Positions 20,570 to 32,405 of a DNA stretch of 62,129 nucleotides are shown here, one piece after another. The notes below the pieces were generated by a model that worked only from the letters and a program-made list of their open reading frames with translations, made no database searches and was not told the origin of the DNA. The DNA comes from an uncultured Methanosarcinaceae archaeon. GTDB taxonomy: Archaea > Halobacteriota > Methanosarcinia > Methanosarcinales > Methanosarcinaceae. The DNA is taken from assembly GCA_963727895.1 (NCBI GenBank), contig CAVSHT010000018.1:1-62129 (forward strand), in the 5' to 3' direction. Both the position numbers and the translations under genes were made by a program. Every line of letters begins with the position of its first letter. The first letter of the stretch is position 1.

Positions 20570-22430
20570 ATGAGACTTTATTGGATTGACACCTTAAAAG
20601 GAATTGGAATTATGCTAGTGGTGCTTGCACACTATAGTTTACAGATAGCATTTGACACTTACATATTTTCATTTCATATGCCGCTCTTTTTTTTCATTTC
20701 AGAATTTCTATTTGATTTTGGTAAATACACAGGATCAGCTTCAACCTTTGTGAAAGGAAGATTCAAGTCTCTTATCGTACCTTATTTCTGTTTTGCAGTA
20801 ATAACCTGTGTTTTTTGCTTTTTGCTGGATGAATTATATACGCCAGAAATCACAAGTATTAAGTTTTTTGAAAACAGCATAATTCATGGAATTTCTCATA
20901 TTCTTGTTGCTTTCGGTCCTGCTATTTCTTATAATCCACCTCTGTGGTTCCTGACCTGTCTTTTTGTAACTGAACTTCTCTTTTATGGACTGGCAAAGAA
21001 GTACTATGGAGAACCAAAAAAACTTGTATTCTGGCTTATTATAGCCGGAGTAATCGGGTACCTTTACCCAGTTTACGTGTCTTTTAGGAGACTCTGGAAT
21101 GTAGATGTAGCTCTGGCTGCAATAGTTTTTTATGGAGCTGGAAATCTATTCAGACAGGTTACAGAATCGGAATCAGAATCAGAAACAGAATCAAGTTTCA
21201 GCTTGAAATTGAATTCTGGATTTATAGAGAAGTTTTCTAGCGTTGAAAAATATCTACCTGTTATTGCTGTTCTTTTGAGTCTGCTATATCTAGGATACCT
21301 TCTGAAGTTTCCAACAGCTGACAAAGTTAACATGAATGTTCTGAAATATGGAGCTTTCTTTTCGTTTTATCTGTTGGCTTTCGCAGGAATATTTACCTTT
21401 GTCTACCTTTCCAAGAGAATTGTGAGCTCAAAAGTTTGAGTATTATGGGAGAAATAGTTTGATAATACTTGCATTTCATTTTCCTCTAAAAGATGTCTTG
21501 ATAAAGCTTGCAATAATCATTTTAGGCATTGTTAATTAAACATAGTTAACTCTTTATTTCTGTATTTCATCAATAGAATAACCGAGTACTTTAGCATTTC
21601 AAGACTTTTTGTATAACACTTTGTCTTTCTTCTCAATCTTGCTAGAAAATGCCTCAATATGCTGTTATATCCCTCAACTGTAAATGTTTCTGCTTTTGAT
21701 TGAGTATGGATCTTTTTTGGAATAAACTCTGCATATGCTCTCCAGTGATCTGTCATTACTTCTCCAATCTCTTTTTTCTTCACTTTTTCCCAGAGTAGTT
21801 TTCCAGTTTCTGTTCCTCTGCTACCAAAAGAGCAATTGATGAACTTTTTCCCAACTCTATCAACAGCAATCCAGATCCAGCAATATTTTTTTTGTTACCG
21901 ATGTAAGTGTGCATTTCATCCATTTCAACAATAGATATCTCATTTTCACTTTTTAGGTCCTCTAACTCCTGACCAAATTTCTTTATCCATCTTTGGACAG
22001 AAACATGACTCACCCCTAAAAATCGTCCTATTGAACGAAAGCCCAATCCTTCAAGATAGAGTTGTAAAGCCTGTCTTTTTACAAAAGCGGAAAAAGCAGT
22101 TGATTTTAGCTCTACTGTATAGTTATAGCCACAATCAGAGCATTTGTACCGTTGACGCCCGCCAACTATACCGTTCTTTTTGTGACTGGAACTATTGCAT
22201 CTGGGGCAGTTCATGAAGAAATATACTTTCTAATAGTATATAACTATGTTTAAGTATCAAAGCCTCATTTTTTAGGTGTTGACATTGAATATATTCATTA
22301 CAATGCTGTGTTTGCGCTGGGCTTAACTGTTCTGAGCCTTATTCTCTTAGTGCCTGTTATCTATATTATTAACAATTATTTTCCCTTTTTACTAGGTAAA
22401 AAAGGATTATACAAGATTTTGAGAGTATAA
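20570..22430 (+). pseudogene. Acyltransferase family 3 membrane protein, frameshifted and IS-interrupted
   Basis: WIDTLKGIGI, FHMPLFFFIS, LWFL motifs; YGRNSL in a shifted frame; C-terminus resumes after 22264. Confidence 0.8.
21525..22264 (-). mobile_element. IS1-family insertion sequence (740 bp)
   Basis: InsA-like CxxC/HTH ORF and InsB-like ORF joined by an A-run slippery site; ends GGCATTGTTA.../GGCTTTGATA...; flanks TCATTTTA and TCATTTTT. Confidence 0.92.
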
Positions 22431-22665
22431 AAGCACGTTTTAGGAAGTCTATATATTAGATCCTGCTCAAAAATGATTAAAAATCTTAGTTAACCTTCAG
22501 TATGAAGAGCAGACCATAGAATCCATTACTTTTCGCCTTTGCTTAAAGTTCTTAATTTCTTCTTTGCTTAAAATTCTTAATTTATAAATTTTTCAAAATA
22601 ATTTTTTTGCATAAAGCCTCTCGAGTTTAGGAAGCTTACATTTTTGATCGTTCCTATCCATTTCA

Positions 22666-24174
22666 TCAGGCTTGAAATTCTTTCAGTATTTTATTCACAT
22701 TTTTATCGGTTTTCAAAATATACAGATAATAAATGCCGATAAACAAGCCAGAAAAGATAACTAACAGAATCGGGTTTACTTTGGTAATTTTCATAGCAAG
22801 AAGAATAATTCCTGCAGGAACAAAAAGAATAAAATTTGAGAATACGATGTTTAAGGCTCTTGAAATTTTTACTCCGGAATAAGACATCATCTTCAGGCAA
22901 AGATAGCCATATACCACAATTCCTGAGATTGAAAACAGGATCAGTGCTATACGTGCGTTTCCGAGCAATCCGCCGATAAAAAGTGAAAGAAACCGCGTAA
23001 CTAAATTAAAAAAGTTATAGCGAAAACCAAAATTATATTCTTCAACTACAAGGTATATTCCGGTTAGTGGAGACGAGATAAACCAGACAAAAGCCCAAAA
23101 TCCAAGGATTTGAGTATAAATTCCTGCTTCTGCCCAGGCTTTTCCAAAAACCACAGTAAAAACATCACTTCCTACAATCGTCAGGATTAGTATAGGAAAC
23201 ATACCAATTATCACAAGGACTTTAAATACATTTTCCACAAGTATTGGGAGATTCCCGTCAGATGAGGCTCTTGATGCCCTCTGGAAAAACACCTGTGAAA
23301 TAGAACTACCAATTAAACTCATTGGCATCTGAAGAAGTCGAAATCCAAGAGAATAAAAACCGACTACTGTAGGAGAAAAAAAGACTGCAAGAAGGAAGGC
23401 TGGAAGTTGCCAGGAGATAGAATTCATGAGGGCTGAAAATGAATCTACAAGTGGAAATTTACTGTATCTCTTAAGTCCCTCATACATTTTTTTCCAACTA
23501 AGGCTTTTTCTGATAAGGTTTACATCATCTCTCCAGATCTGCCCCGCAAGTATAACTGTTGCTACAGACTGACCAATAAGACTGCCAGCTATTAGACCAG
23601 TTGGGTTCTTTTTACCAAATATTCCAAAAATCATCTGGGTTGTAGTAGTAGAAATAGAACTTGATATCCTTGAAAAGGACAATCGTTTGAAAAGTTTAGT
23701 TCTTGAGTTCCAGCTATTCAAGGCAAGAAATATTCCATTTACAAATGCAAATGGAGGTACAAGCCAGAGGTAATTTACTAATTGAGGAGAATTTAAGACC
23801 CCTACTATAAGTTCTTCAACTATAAGATCTTTAAAAAACCACATTATGATCAGGGTACAAACGGTTACAGCCCCTATTGCAAGAAAACTCACTCCTAAGA
23901 GATTTATGGCATCTTCATCCAATTCAGGCAACATGATTGAGTACTCATATCGCATGCAAATTATAACGCTAATAATGCTGGTTATAGAGCTATAGAGCGC
24001 CCATACCCCAAAATTATCAGGCTGGTATAAGCGGGTTAGTACAGGAACTGATAAAATTGTAAGAATTTGAGCAAAAGTTGTCCCTCCCGTAAGTGTCAGC
24101 ACATCAAAAGCAAAGCTTTTCTTCTTGCTATTATCAAAGCTTTTCTTTGCTTCATTTACTGTTGTTTTATCCAT
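22666..24174 (-). CDS. Oligosaccharide flippase (Wzx/MOP family)
   Basis: Multi-TM; PVLTRLY.P.NFG, RYEYSI, VGFYSLGFR patterns. Confidence 0.85.
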   Translation of the reverse strand: MDKTTVNEAKKSFDNSKKKSFAFDVLTLTGGTTFAQILTILSVPVLTRLYQPDNFGVWALYSSITSIISVIICMRYEYSIMLPELDEDAINLLGVSFLAIGAVTVCTLIIMWFFKDLIVEELIVGVLNSPQLVNYLWLVPPFAFVNGIFLALNSWNSRTKLFKRLSFSRISSSISTTTTQMIFGIFGKKNPTGLIAGSLIGQSVATVILAGQIWRDDVNLIRKSLSWKKMYEGLKRYSKFPLVDSFSALMNSISWQLPAFLLAVFFSPTVVGFYSLGFRLLQMPMSLIGSSISQVFFQRASRASSDGNLPILVENVFKVLVIIGMFPILILTIVGSDVFTVVFGKAWAEAGIYTQILGFWAFVWFISSPLTGIYLVVEEYNFGFRYNFFNLVTRFLSLFIGGLLGNARIALILFSISGIVVYGYLCLKMMSYSGVKISRALNIVFSNFILFVPAGIILLAMKITKVNPILLVIFSGLFIGIYYLYILKTDKNVNKILKEFQA

Positions 24175-24418
24175 TAGAATACCTTAAACTACGTTTTCTT
24201 TTGAGCTGAGCTTTGGTTCTTAATCTTCATAGTTAATTAAGTTACAAGGTTATATCATTAACTGATTTACCCAAGTACATGCAGGATAAACTTGACATTA
24301 AATATTAGAAAGCTCAACTTCACCCACAAAAATTGTGGCACAAAAAGTTTCGATCACTTATTCATTTCTTTAATTCTGAACAAAAAGTATTAATTACTAT
24401 AATATTCATTTCAGCACA

Positions 24419-24432
24419 TTCACAATCGTGAA
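24419..24432. promoter_or_regulatory. Sulfur box (1 mismatch)
   Basis: TTCACAATCGTGAA upstream of larE-sufS-fdhD. Confidence 0.75.
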
Positions 24433-24497
24433 TTCTCTTCAAAAATTTAATATTTTCAATTCAGTCAAAATAAAACCCAAAAGGGCGGTATTTTTTC

Positions 24498-25295
24498 ATG
24501 GAAAAAGAAAATGTGCAGGGTACGTTGCTCAAAGAACTTGAAGGATTAGATTGCTTACTTGTTTCATATTCTGGAGGAATAGACAGTACTTTACTTGCGT
24601 TACTTGCACAAAAAGCACTCCAAGACAAGGTAAAATGTATACTTTTTGATACGCCTCTTGTCCCCAGAAAAGCTGTCAAGGATGCAAAGGAAACCGCACG
24701 CAAGTTTGGATTATCCTGTTCTATAATCCCTTTTCCTATTCTGGAAAATAAAGAATTTACAAAAAACAGCCCCAATCGCTGTTATATATGCAAAAAACAA
24801 TCTGCTAAGATGCTAAAAGCTCAGGCTGAAAAACTGGGAATTTCAAAAATAGCTGATGGAATCAATGCTTCTGATAGCAATGAATACCGACCCGGACTTC
24901 AAGCAAGTAATGAAGAAAGAATTCTCCATCCTTTTCTGTCACTTGGAATTCAAAAGAAGTAGATCAGGCAAATGGCTCAGGACTGTGGCTTTGATTTCTG
25001 GGATAAACCGTCAGCTTCATGTCTTGCATCACGAATTCCATATGGGGATGAAATAACAATTGAAAAGCTGCAAAATATAGAAAAAGCAGAGAATTTGTTG
25101 CATGATATGGGGTTTTCAAATCTGTGTGTAAGACTGTATGATAAAATTATAAGAGTTGAGTTGATAGCTGAGGAAATTGAAAAAGCAGTAAACATGCGAG
25201 ATCAAATTGTAGAGGCATTGCAGGTATGTGGCTTTTCTTATATTACTCTTGACCTTAAAGGATACAGAAGCGGGAGTATGGATGAAGTGTTATGA
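24498..25295 (+). CDS. larE: ATP-dependent sulfur transferase LarE, interrupted by an in-frame TAG at 24960..24962
   Basis: SYSGGIDS PP-loop, RCYICK, YRPG, PSASCLASRIPYG, GYRSGSM; both ORF halves are in the same frame. Confidence 0.85.
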
Positions 25296-26473
25296 GTTTA
25301 GAAGACCTTCTTGCTGATTTTCAAATACTCAGGTACCTCCATTATATGGATAGTGCAGCAACAAGCCTTGTTCCTGAACCTGTTATAGCTGCAATGAATG
25401 AATATGACCGCCAGTACCGTGCCAACGTTGGCAGGGGAATGCACAGGCTCACAAGAGTTGCAACACAGAAATATCAGGATGCACATGAGTTAGTTAGCGG
25501 TTTTATTGGTGGGAACAAGGGCACTACAGTATTTACAAAAAATACGACGGAAGCTATCAACATGGTTGCCTATGGGCTTGACTGGTACCCAGGAAACAGG
25601 ATAGTAACAACAGTTGTAGAGCATCATTCCAACCTTCTTCCCTGGCTTCGACTGCGCCAAAAAGGTGTTGAGGTTATCATTCTCCAGCCTGATGAAACCG
25701 GGATTTTTGATATTGAGAGATTTGGAGAAGCAATTACAGCTAATACAAAGCTTGTTGCGGTTAGCCATGCCTCAAACATACTTGGCACTGTGCAACCTGT
25801 CAGGAAGATTGCTGAGATTTGTAAAGAGCAGGGAGCATATTTTCTGGTTGATGGAGCACAGTCCGTTCCCCATTTTCCTATAGATGTTCGGTCTATTAAA
25901 TGCGATTTTTTATGTTTTTCAGGTCACAAGATGCTCGGACCGACTGGCACTGGAATACTGTGGATGCGAGATCAGCTTATTTCTCCATCTATTCTTGGTG
26001 GAGGCACAGTTGAAGATGCCACTACTGAAGGATATACCTTAACTGACGGTTACCAGAGATTTGAGGGAGGAACCCCAAATATTTCAGGTGCAATCGGACT
26101 TGGACAAGCTGTGAAATATCTTGAAAGCCTTGAGATGGACGTTATCTTCAAGCATGAACAGAAATTGACTGAACATCTTCTCAAAGGGCTTTCTGAAATC
26201 GAAAATGTTACTATCTATGGACCTCAAACTACAAAAAACAGAATAGGAGTAGTCTCATTTACCATAGAAGGAATTCATCCCCATGAGGTAGCCTATTTGC
26301 TTGACGAAAGAGCAGCAATTCTTGTCCGTTCTGGAGATCATTGCTGTATCCCTTTAATGAAACACCTGGGACTCCAAAGCGGTAGTGTCAGAGCAAGCCT
26401 TTACATATATAATACCCTGGAAGAAATTGACCTTCTTCTTGAATCAATTGAAGAAATCGCACGCATGGCATAA
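25292..26473 (+). CDS. Cysteine desulfurase, SufS-like
   Basis: DSAATS, EHHSN, SGHKMLGPTG, RSGDHCC. Confidence 0.92.
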   Translation: MSLEDLLADFQILRYLHYMDSAATSLVPEPVIAAMNEYDRQYRANVGRGMHRLTRVATQKYQDAHELVSGFIGGNKGTTVFTKNTTEAINMVAYGLDWYPGNRIVTTVVEHHSNLLPWLRLRQKGVEVIILQPDETGIFDIERFGEAITANTKLVAVSHASNILGTVQPVRKIAEICKEQGAYFLVDGAQSVPHFPIDVRSIKCDFLCFSGHKMLGPTGTGILWMRDQLISPSILGGGTVEDATTEGYTLTDGYQRFEGGTPNISGAIGLGQAVKYLESLEMDVIFKHEQKLTEHLLKGLSEIENVTIYGPQTTKNRIGVVSFTIEGIHPHEVAYLLDERAAILVRSGDHCCIPLMKHLGLQSGSVRASLYIYNTLEEIDLLLESIEEIARMA

Positions 26474-26496
26474 GGAGTTATAATAAGGAGTATGCT

Positions 26497-27318
26497 ATGA
26501 GGATGTACAGCATGGTTCCCTGCATTAAATATGCTAGCGGGTCAATGGTTTCTTCGTTTCACGAAGTCGTAATGGAAGTTCCTCTTGCAGTTTTTGTTAA
26601 TGGGCGACATGCTTTAACCGCTATGGTAAGCCCGATAATGCTTGAAGAGTTTATAACAGGTTTTTTATATACAGAGAGGATTATCCGCAAACTTGAGGAT
26701 ATTGAATCGCTTCACATAGAAAAAAGTAGAGAAAAAGATAAAAATAATATCGATAACAGCGAAAAAATGGATGATATCAGCCCGCTAAGTGCCAGTGTCC
26801 TGACAAAAGACCCATTTTCAATCATGTTATCAGAAAAAACTGTCCTTTCAGGATGTGGAGGAGATTCCTCATATATTGATTCAGACCGTATCCCCAAAAT
26901 CCAGTCAGATCTGGTCACCGATATTTCAACAATTAAGAGTATAATGAAAGAAACACTTGTCTCAGATCTTCATACCAGAACAGGCGGTATACATATTGTA
27001 GGGCTTTTCGGACCTGAAGGAAAGATCTGTGTAATAGAAGATATTGGTAGGCATAATGCTCTTGATAGGGTAATAGGCTACGGACTGAAACATGGCGTAG
27101 ATTTTTCAAGGACAATTGTGACATGTTCTGGAAGGCTTTCTTCAGAGATGGTAAGGAAATGTCTTGTAGCTAATATTCCTGTTATCGCATCCAGAGGTGC
27201 AACCACGACGCTTGCCATAAGCATGGGAGAGAAAGCCGGCCTTACTATTATTGGCTTTGTCCGAAGCCAGAAGATGAACATTTATACAGGTGCAGAAAGG
27301 ATCAAGAATCCAAAGTAA
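26497..27318 (+). CDS. fdhD: Formate dehydrogenase accessory sulfurtransferase
   Basis: SGCG, TGGIH, EDIGRHNALD, SGRLSSEMV. Confidence 0.92.
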   Translation: MRMYSMVPCIKYASGSMVSSFHEVVMEVPLAVFVNGRHALTAMVSPIMLEEFITGFLYTERIIRKLEDIESLHIEKSREKDKNNIDNSEKMDDISPLSASVLTKDPFSIMLSEKTVLSGCGGDSSYIDSDRIPKIQSDLVTDISTIKSIMKETLVSDLHTRTGGIHIVGLFGPEGKICVIEDIGRHNALDRVIGYGLKHGVDFSRTIVTCSGRLSSEMVRKCLVANIPVIASRGATTTLAISMGEKAGLTIIGFVRSQKMNIYTGAERIKNPK

Positions 27319-27475
27319 AATATAATTACAAGTTTTTAATGCTTATTACGTATTTTTAACGCTTAATTTGCCCTAATATTTCCCATATTAATATTTGCTA
27401 ATCAATAGACTATGTATAATTTTAATTACTCTTAACTAAAAAACATAGAATTCAAAACGTTTATGAGGAAATGAA

Positions 27476-28261
27476 ATGAAGAATCCATTAAAAACAGTAA
27501 GAGAAACAAAACCACTCATACATCATATAACGAATTGGGTAACTATTTACGAATGTGCAAACATAACAAGAGCTTTTGGCGCGCTACCTGTAATGGCACA
27601 TGCTCCTGAGGAATGTGCTGAAATGACAGGAATCTCATCGGCTCTTGTTCTTAACATCGGTACTCTGACATCAGAAATCATTGATTCTATGCTTCTCTCT
27701 GCTGACGCTGCAAACGAAAAGAAAATTCCGGTTGTGCTCGATGCCGTAGGGGTTGGGGCTACAAAATTCAGGGACGAGATGGCTGCAAAAATTCTTGGTT
27801 CTGTCCGTATCGATATTATAAAAGGTAATTACTCGGAAATTGCGAAACTTGCAGGCGAAAGCGCTAAAACAAGAGGTGTTGAAGCAACTTCTATCGATGC
27901 GGATCCTGTGAAAATTGCTAAAGAACTTGCAAAATCGAGCTCTTCTATTGTCGTGATGACAGGAAAAGAAGACATTATAAGTGATGGAGAAAGGATATTT
28001 ATTGTAAAGAACGGGCATGAGTTAATGGGCTCAATTGTCGGTACAGGTTGTATGGCTGCATCGGTAATAGGGTCATTTGCTGCCGTTAATCCGGATTACT
28101 GCGAAGCGTCCAGAGATGCTTTATGCTGCTTTGGAATTGCAGGGGAACTTGCAGCCAGAAAGTCAAATGGTCCCGGAAGTTTCAAGGTTAACCTGTACGA
28201 TGAGGTGTTTAATCTGTCGGATGAGATAGTAGAAAATATGATGAATTTTGAAAAACAGTAA
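27476..28261 (+). CDS. thiM: Hydroxyethylthiazole kinase
   Basis: [27 protein letters not shown]. Confidence 0.95.
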   Translation: MKNPLKTVRETKPLIHHITNWVTIYECANITRAFGALPVMAHAPEECAEMTGISSALVLNIGTLTSEIIDSMLLSADAANEKKIPVVLDAVGVGATKFRDEMAAKILGSVRIDIIKGNYSEIAKLAGESAKTRGVEATSIDADPVKIAKELAKSSSSIVVMTGKEDIISDGERIFIVKNGHELMGSIVGTGCMAASVIGSFAAVNPDYCEASRDALCCFGIAGELAARKSNGPGSFKVNLYDEVFNLSDEIVENMMNFEKQ

Positions 28262-28367
28262 GTTCCAAAGAATTTCAGTTTATATAACAATTCTTGTGTA
28301 TCAATTCTATATGTGAATTTCATACATAAATTAATATATTTTTTACAAACAATTTTTTTAAAAATAC

Positions 28368-29051
28368 ATGCCGAATGGAGTAAGCATTATGAACCAGAAA
28401 GGCTTCAGCCAGAAAAGTTCCCTTCTTAAAGAAATAGACTTCTATCTTGTGACAGATTCCGGGCTTTCAAAGAAAGGAACTTTATCTGATGTTAGGGAGG
28501 CAGTTGAATCAGGCTGCAGGATTGTGCAATATCGGGAAAAAAATAAGAGTACTAAAGAGATGGTCGAAGAAGCTTCCGAAATTAAAAAAATATGTAATGG
28601 TAAAGCAATATTTCTAGTAAATGACAGGATCGATGTTGCTCTGGCAGTCGATGCTGACGGGGTTCATATCGGCCAGGATGATATGCCTATCGAAATAGCA
28701 CGAAAGCTACTTGGTGATAATAAGATAATCGGCCTCAGTGTAAATAACAAGGAAGAAGCAGTTTTGGCAGAAAAATCCGGTGCTGACTATATAGGCCTTG
28801 GTCCCATATTTGATACTGCTACAAAAAAAGATGCTGGAGAAGGAATAGGTCCCCTTAAAATAAGAGAAGTTAAAGATGCGATAAAGATTCCTGTAGTTGC
28901 AATTGGTGGAATAAACAAGGAAAATTGTGAAAATGTTATTCAAAATGGAGTTGACAGCCTGGTAGCAATTTCTGCAGTTGTATGCAGTGACGATGTAAAA
29001 AGGGAAACAAAATACTTTATTGATATAATCCGAAAAATCAAAAAGGCATAA
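28368..29051 (+). CDS. thiE: Thiamine-phosphate synthase (start may be 28389)
   Basis: [28 protein letters not shown]. Confidence 0.95.
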   Translation: MPNGVSIMNQKGFSQKSSLLKEIDFYLVTDSGLSKKGTLSDVREAVESGCRIVQYREKNKSTKEMVEEASEIKKICNGKAIFLVNDRIDVALAVDADGVHIGQDDMPIEIARKLLGDNKIIGLSVNNKEEAVLAEKSGADYIGLGPIFDTATKKDAGEGIGPLKIREVKDAIKIPVVAIGGINKENCENVIQNGVDSLVAISAVVCSDDVKRETKYFIDIIRKIKKA

Positions 29052-29216
29052 GAAAAACAGAATCAAAAAGATAACATTTGATTAAAAAATAAAAGTAAAG
29101 TTAAACATAAGAATCATATTATAAAATGAAAACTGAGTTAAAAAGACATAAAAAAGATATATTCTTCTTTCTCCTTTAAGCCAGGATTTTTAAAATGGTA
29201 GAATTTTAAAAAATCG

Positions 29217-29956
29217 GGCATTGTTAATTAAACATAGTTAACTCTTTATTTCTGTATTTCATCAATAGAATAACCGAGTACTTTAGCATTTCAAGACTTT
29301 TTGTATAACACTTTGTCTTTCTTCTCAATCTTGCTAGAAAATGCCTCAATATGCTGTTATATCCCTCAACTGTAAATGTTTCTGCTTTTGATTGAGTATG
29401 ACTCTTTTCTGGAAGAAACTCTGCATATGCTCTCCAGTGATCTGTCATTACTTCTCCAATCTCTTTTTTCTTCACTTTTTCCCAGAGTAGTTTTCCAGTT
29501 TCTGTTCCTCTGCTACCAAAAGAGCAGTTGATGAACTTTTTCCCAACTCTATCAACAGCAATCCAGATCCAGCAATATTTTTTTTGTTACCGATGTAAGT
29601 GTGCATTTCATCCATTTCAACAATAGATATCTCATTTTCACTTTTTAGGTCCTCTAACTCCTGACCAAATTTCTTTATCCATCTTTGGACAGAAACATGA
29701 CTCACCCCTAAAAATCGTCCTATTGAACGAAAGCCCAATCCTTCAAGATAGAGTTGTAAAGCCTGTCTTTTTACAAAAGCGGAAAAAGCAGTTGATTTTA
29801 GCTCTACTGTATAGTTATAGCCACAATCAGAGCATTTGTACCGTTGACGCCCGCCAACTATACCGTTCTTTTTGTGACTGGAACTATTGCATCTGGGGCA
29901 GTTCATGAAGAAATATACTTTCTAATAGTATATAACTATGTTTAAGTATCAAAGCC
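29217..29956 (-). mobile_element. IS1-family insertion sequence (740 bp)
   Basis: Near-identical to 21525..22264; perfect 8-bp target duplication AAAAATCG. Confidence 0.95.
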
Positions 29957-29967
29957 AAAAATCGTAT

Positions 29968-30915
29968 TCAATAATCTGCTTGACTTTTGAATAGATTCCC
30001 TTTCCAGGGTTCATCAAGAATATTGACATTGACTTTTTCTATCCCGCTCATACTAAGGATTTTTCGCCTTACCTGGTCTTTAAGGTAATCAATCATAGGG
30101 CAGGCATTTGTTGTTAATACAAGGTTTACATCTACATTTGACCCATTAACTACTACTTCTTTTACAAGTCCCAGTTTGACTATATCCATACCGACTTCAG
30201 GGTCAACCACACCTTTTAGCAGAGAATAAATTTGCTCATCTTTAAGAACAGTTCCTTGTGTAGTAGTGTTTCCGTGTCCAGAAACTAGTTCTTCATGAGC
30301 TTTAAATTGCTCTTCCAATCTACTAAGCCGGTCAAGAAGCTGTCCCATAACAGTAAGTACAGGGTCAGGAAGCTTGTTATGATCAAGTTGCCCTACAGAA
30401 ACCGAGGGTTCTGGCTCTGCTATCTTTGCAGGCACTCCAACGACCGTAGCTCCAGGTGGAACTGACCGAATCACAACTGAACCTGCGCCTATTTTAGCGC
30501 CTCTTCCAACCTTAATTGGTCCAAGTACAGATGCTCCTGAGCCAATGACTACGTCATTTTCGATTGTAGGATGACGTTTTGTCTTTTCAAGAGCTGTCCC
30601 CCCTAACACAACTCCCATATATATCAAAACGTCGTCACCTACCTCAGCGGTTTCTCCGATCACTACTCCTGATCCATGATCTATGAAAACTCGTTTTCCA
30701 AGCTTTGCACCTGGGTGTATTTCAATACCTGTTAACATCCTTGAAATGTGAGATAGCAGACGGGCTAGAAAATAGAAGTGTCGATTCCATAGTGAATGAG
30801 ATATCCTATGTATCCAGACAGCATGCAGGCCCGGATAGCAGCAGATTACTTCAAGCTTAGACCTTGCTGCAGGGTCTTTTTCAAAAACAGTCCTGATATC
30901 TTCCCTGATTCCCAT
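29968..30915 (-). CDS. cysE: Serine O-acetyltransferase with C-terminal DUF59 (Fe-S assembly, SufT/MIP18-like) domain
   Basis: [24 protein letters not shown]; then [16 protein letters not shown]...LTTNACP...EPW. Confidence 0.92.
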   Translation of the reverse strand: MGIREDIRTVFEKDPAARSKLEVICCYPGLHAVWIHRISHSLWNRHFYFLARLLSHISRMLTGIEIHPGAKLGKRVFIDHGSGVVIGETAEVGDDVLIYMGVVLGGTALEKTKRHPTIENDVVIGSGASVLGPIKVGRGAKIGAGSVVIRSVPPGATVVGVPAKIAEPEPSVSVGQLDHNKLPDPVLTVMGQLLDRLSRLEEQFKAHEELVSGHGNTTTQGTVLKDEQIYSLLKGVVDPEVGMDIVKLGLVKEVVVNGSNVDVNLVLTTNACPMIDYLKDQVRRKILSMSGIEKVNVNILDEPWKGNLFKSQADY

Positions 30916-30962
30916 TCGAAATCATCCGGTATTAATTATTAAATCGGTCTGTCAGCCATTTT

Positions 30963-31162
30963 AAATAAATCAATTAAACAGTTACTGATGAGTAAGTCAA
31001 ACAGTTGCTGATAAATCAGTCAAAAAGCTGCTGATAAATCAGTCAAAAAGCTGCTGATAAATCAGTCAAAAAGCTGCTGATAAATCAGTCAAAAAGCTGC
31101 TGATAAATCAGTCAAAAAGCTGCTGATAAATCAGTCAAAAAGCTGCTGATAAATCAGTCAAA
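30963..31162. repeat. 23-bp tandem repeat between cysK and cysE
   Basis: GCTGATAAATCAGTCAAAAAGCT: six perfect copies from 31007, one partial, and ~2 degenerate copies to the left. Confidence 0.95.
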
Positions 31163-32080
31163 CAGGTCAGTACTCAGATAACGCTCTCCTGTATCAGGCA
31201 GGATCGCAATAATGGTCTTCCCTTTCATTTCGTCTCTGGATGCAACTTGCAGAGCAGCATAAGTAGCAGCACCTGAAGATATTCCTGCAAGGATACCTTC
31301 TTCCTTTGCCAGACGTCGGGCTGTGGCAGCAGCATTGTCTCCAGTTACTTTGATTATCTCATCGATCAGTTTAAGTTGAAGTACATCTGGAACAAAACCT
31401 GCACCGATACCCTGAATTTTATGTGGAGCCGGGCTTCCACCGCTTAGAACTGGAGATTCAGCAGGTTCGACTGCAATTGCCTTAAAAGAAGGCTTCCGTT
31501 TTTTGATTGCACTGGCAATACCTGTAATAGTTCCACCTGTTCCCACACCCGCTACAATGACATCTGCTTTTCCGTCCGTATCTCTCCAGATTTCTTCGGC
31601 TGTTGTTCTACTGTGGATCTCAGGGTTTGCAGGGTTCTGAAACTGTTGGGCTACGTAGTAAAGCGAAGGGTTGTCAGCAACCATCTGCTCGGCTTTATTT
31701 ACTGCACCTTTCATTCCTTCTGCTCCGGAGGTAAGTACTAGCTCTGCTCCAAGAGCTTTCAGTAGTTTTCTTCGTTCTATTGTCATTGTTTCAGGCATAA
31801 CCAGTATGAGTTTATATCCACGAGCAGCAGAGATGCAGGCGAGCCCAATGCCGGTGTTGCCGCTGGTTGCTTCAATAATAGTGGTACCCTTTTTTATTTT
31901 TCCTTCAAGTTCGGCTTTTTCAATCATTGCCAGCCCTATTCTGTCCTTCACACTTCCCATAGGATTGAAGGACTCTACCTTAACCAATACGTCTGCTTGC
32001 AGACCTTCTGTTAAGCGGTTTAACCTGATAAGAGGTGTATTTCCAATTGTCCAGGTTATATCAGAATATATTCGTGACAT
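31154..32080 (-). CDS. cysK: Cysteine synthase A
   Basis: [42 protein letters not shown]. Confidence 0.97.
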   Translation of the reverse strand: MSRIYSDITWTIGNTPLIRLNRLTEGLQADVLVKVESFNPMGSVKDRIGLAMIEKAELEGKIKKGTTIIEATSGNTGIGLACISAARGYKLILVMPETMTIERRKLLKALGAELVLTSGAEGMKGAVNKAEQMVADNPSLYYVAQQFQNPANPEIHSRTTAEEIWRDTDGKADVIVAGVGTGGTITGIASAIKKRKPSFKAIAVEPAESPVLSGGSPAPHKIQGIGAGFVPDVLQLKLIDEIIKVTGDNAAATARRLAKEEGILAGISSGAATYAALQVASRDEMKGKTIIAILPDTGERYLSTDLFD

Positions 32081-32260
32081 TTTATCTACCGTCTTTTACA
32101 GTCTATTTTACTCCAGGCTCTATGTGATTTTTAATTTAGTTTTTAGTTCGGTTTTACAGTTATCTGAGGAAATTTCTATTCGCCTGAAATCCAGAATTGA
32201 GTAGCCAATACTACTTTGAATCTCCAGTACTGCTGCAATATGCAGGCAATATACCGAAAA

Positions 32261-32274
32261 TTCACAATTGTGAA
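32261..32274. promoter_or_regulatory. Sulfur box (perfect; extends to 20-bp AAATTCACAATTGTGAATTT)
   Basis: Upstream of cysK-cysE. Confidence 0.85.
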
Positions 32275-32405
32275 TTTCTTTTATGTTTAATATAGTTTTG
32301 TATTGAGGAACTATGACAAAGAACAAAAAAAGTCCAGAAACTAATTTAAAATCAATGGAGTTTAACAGAATTTAGAAAAGCAGGAGAAACCGATAAAATT
32401 CGGCT

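Noticed and set aside
30963..31162. CRISPR array
   Set aside because: Units are head-to-tail with no unique spacers, and there are no cas genes; the same applies to 16911..17045.
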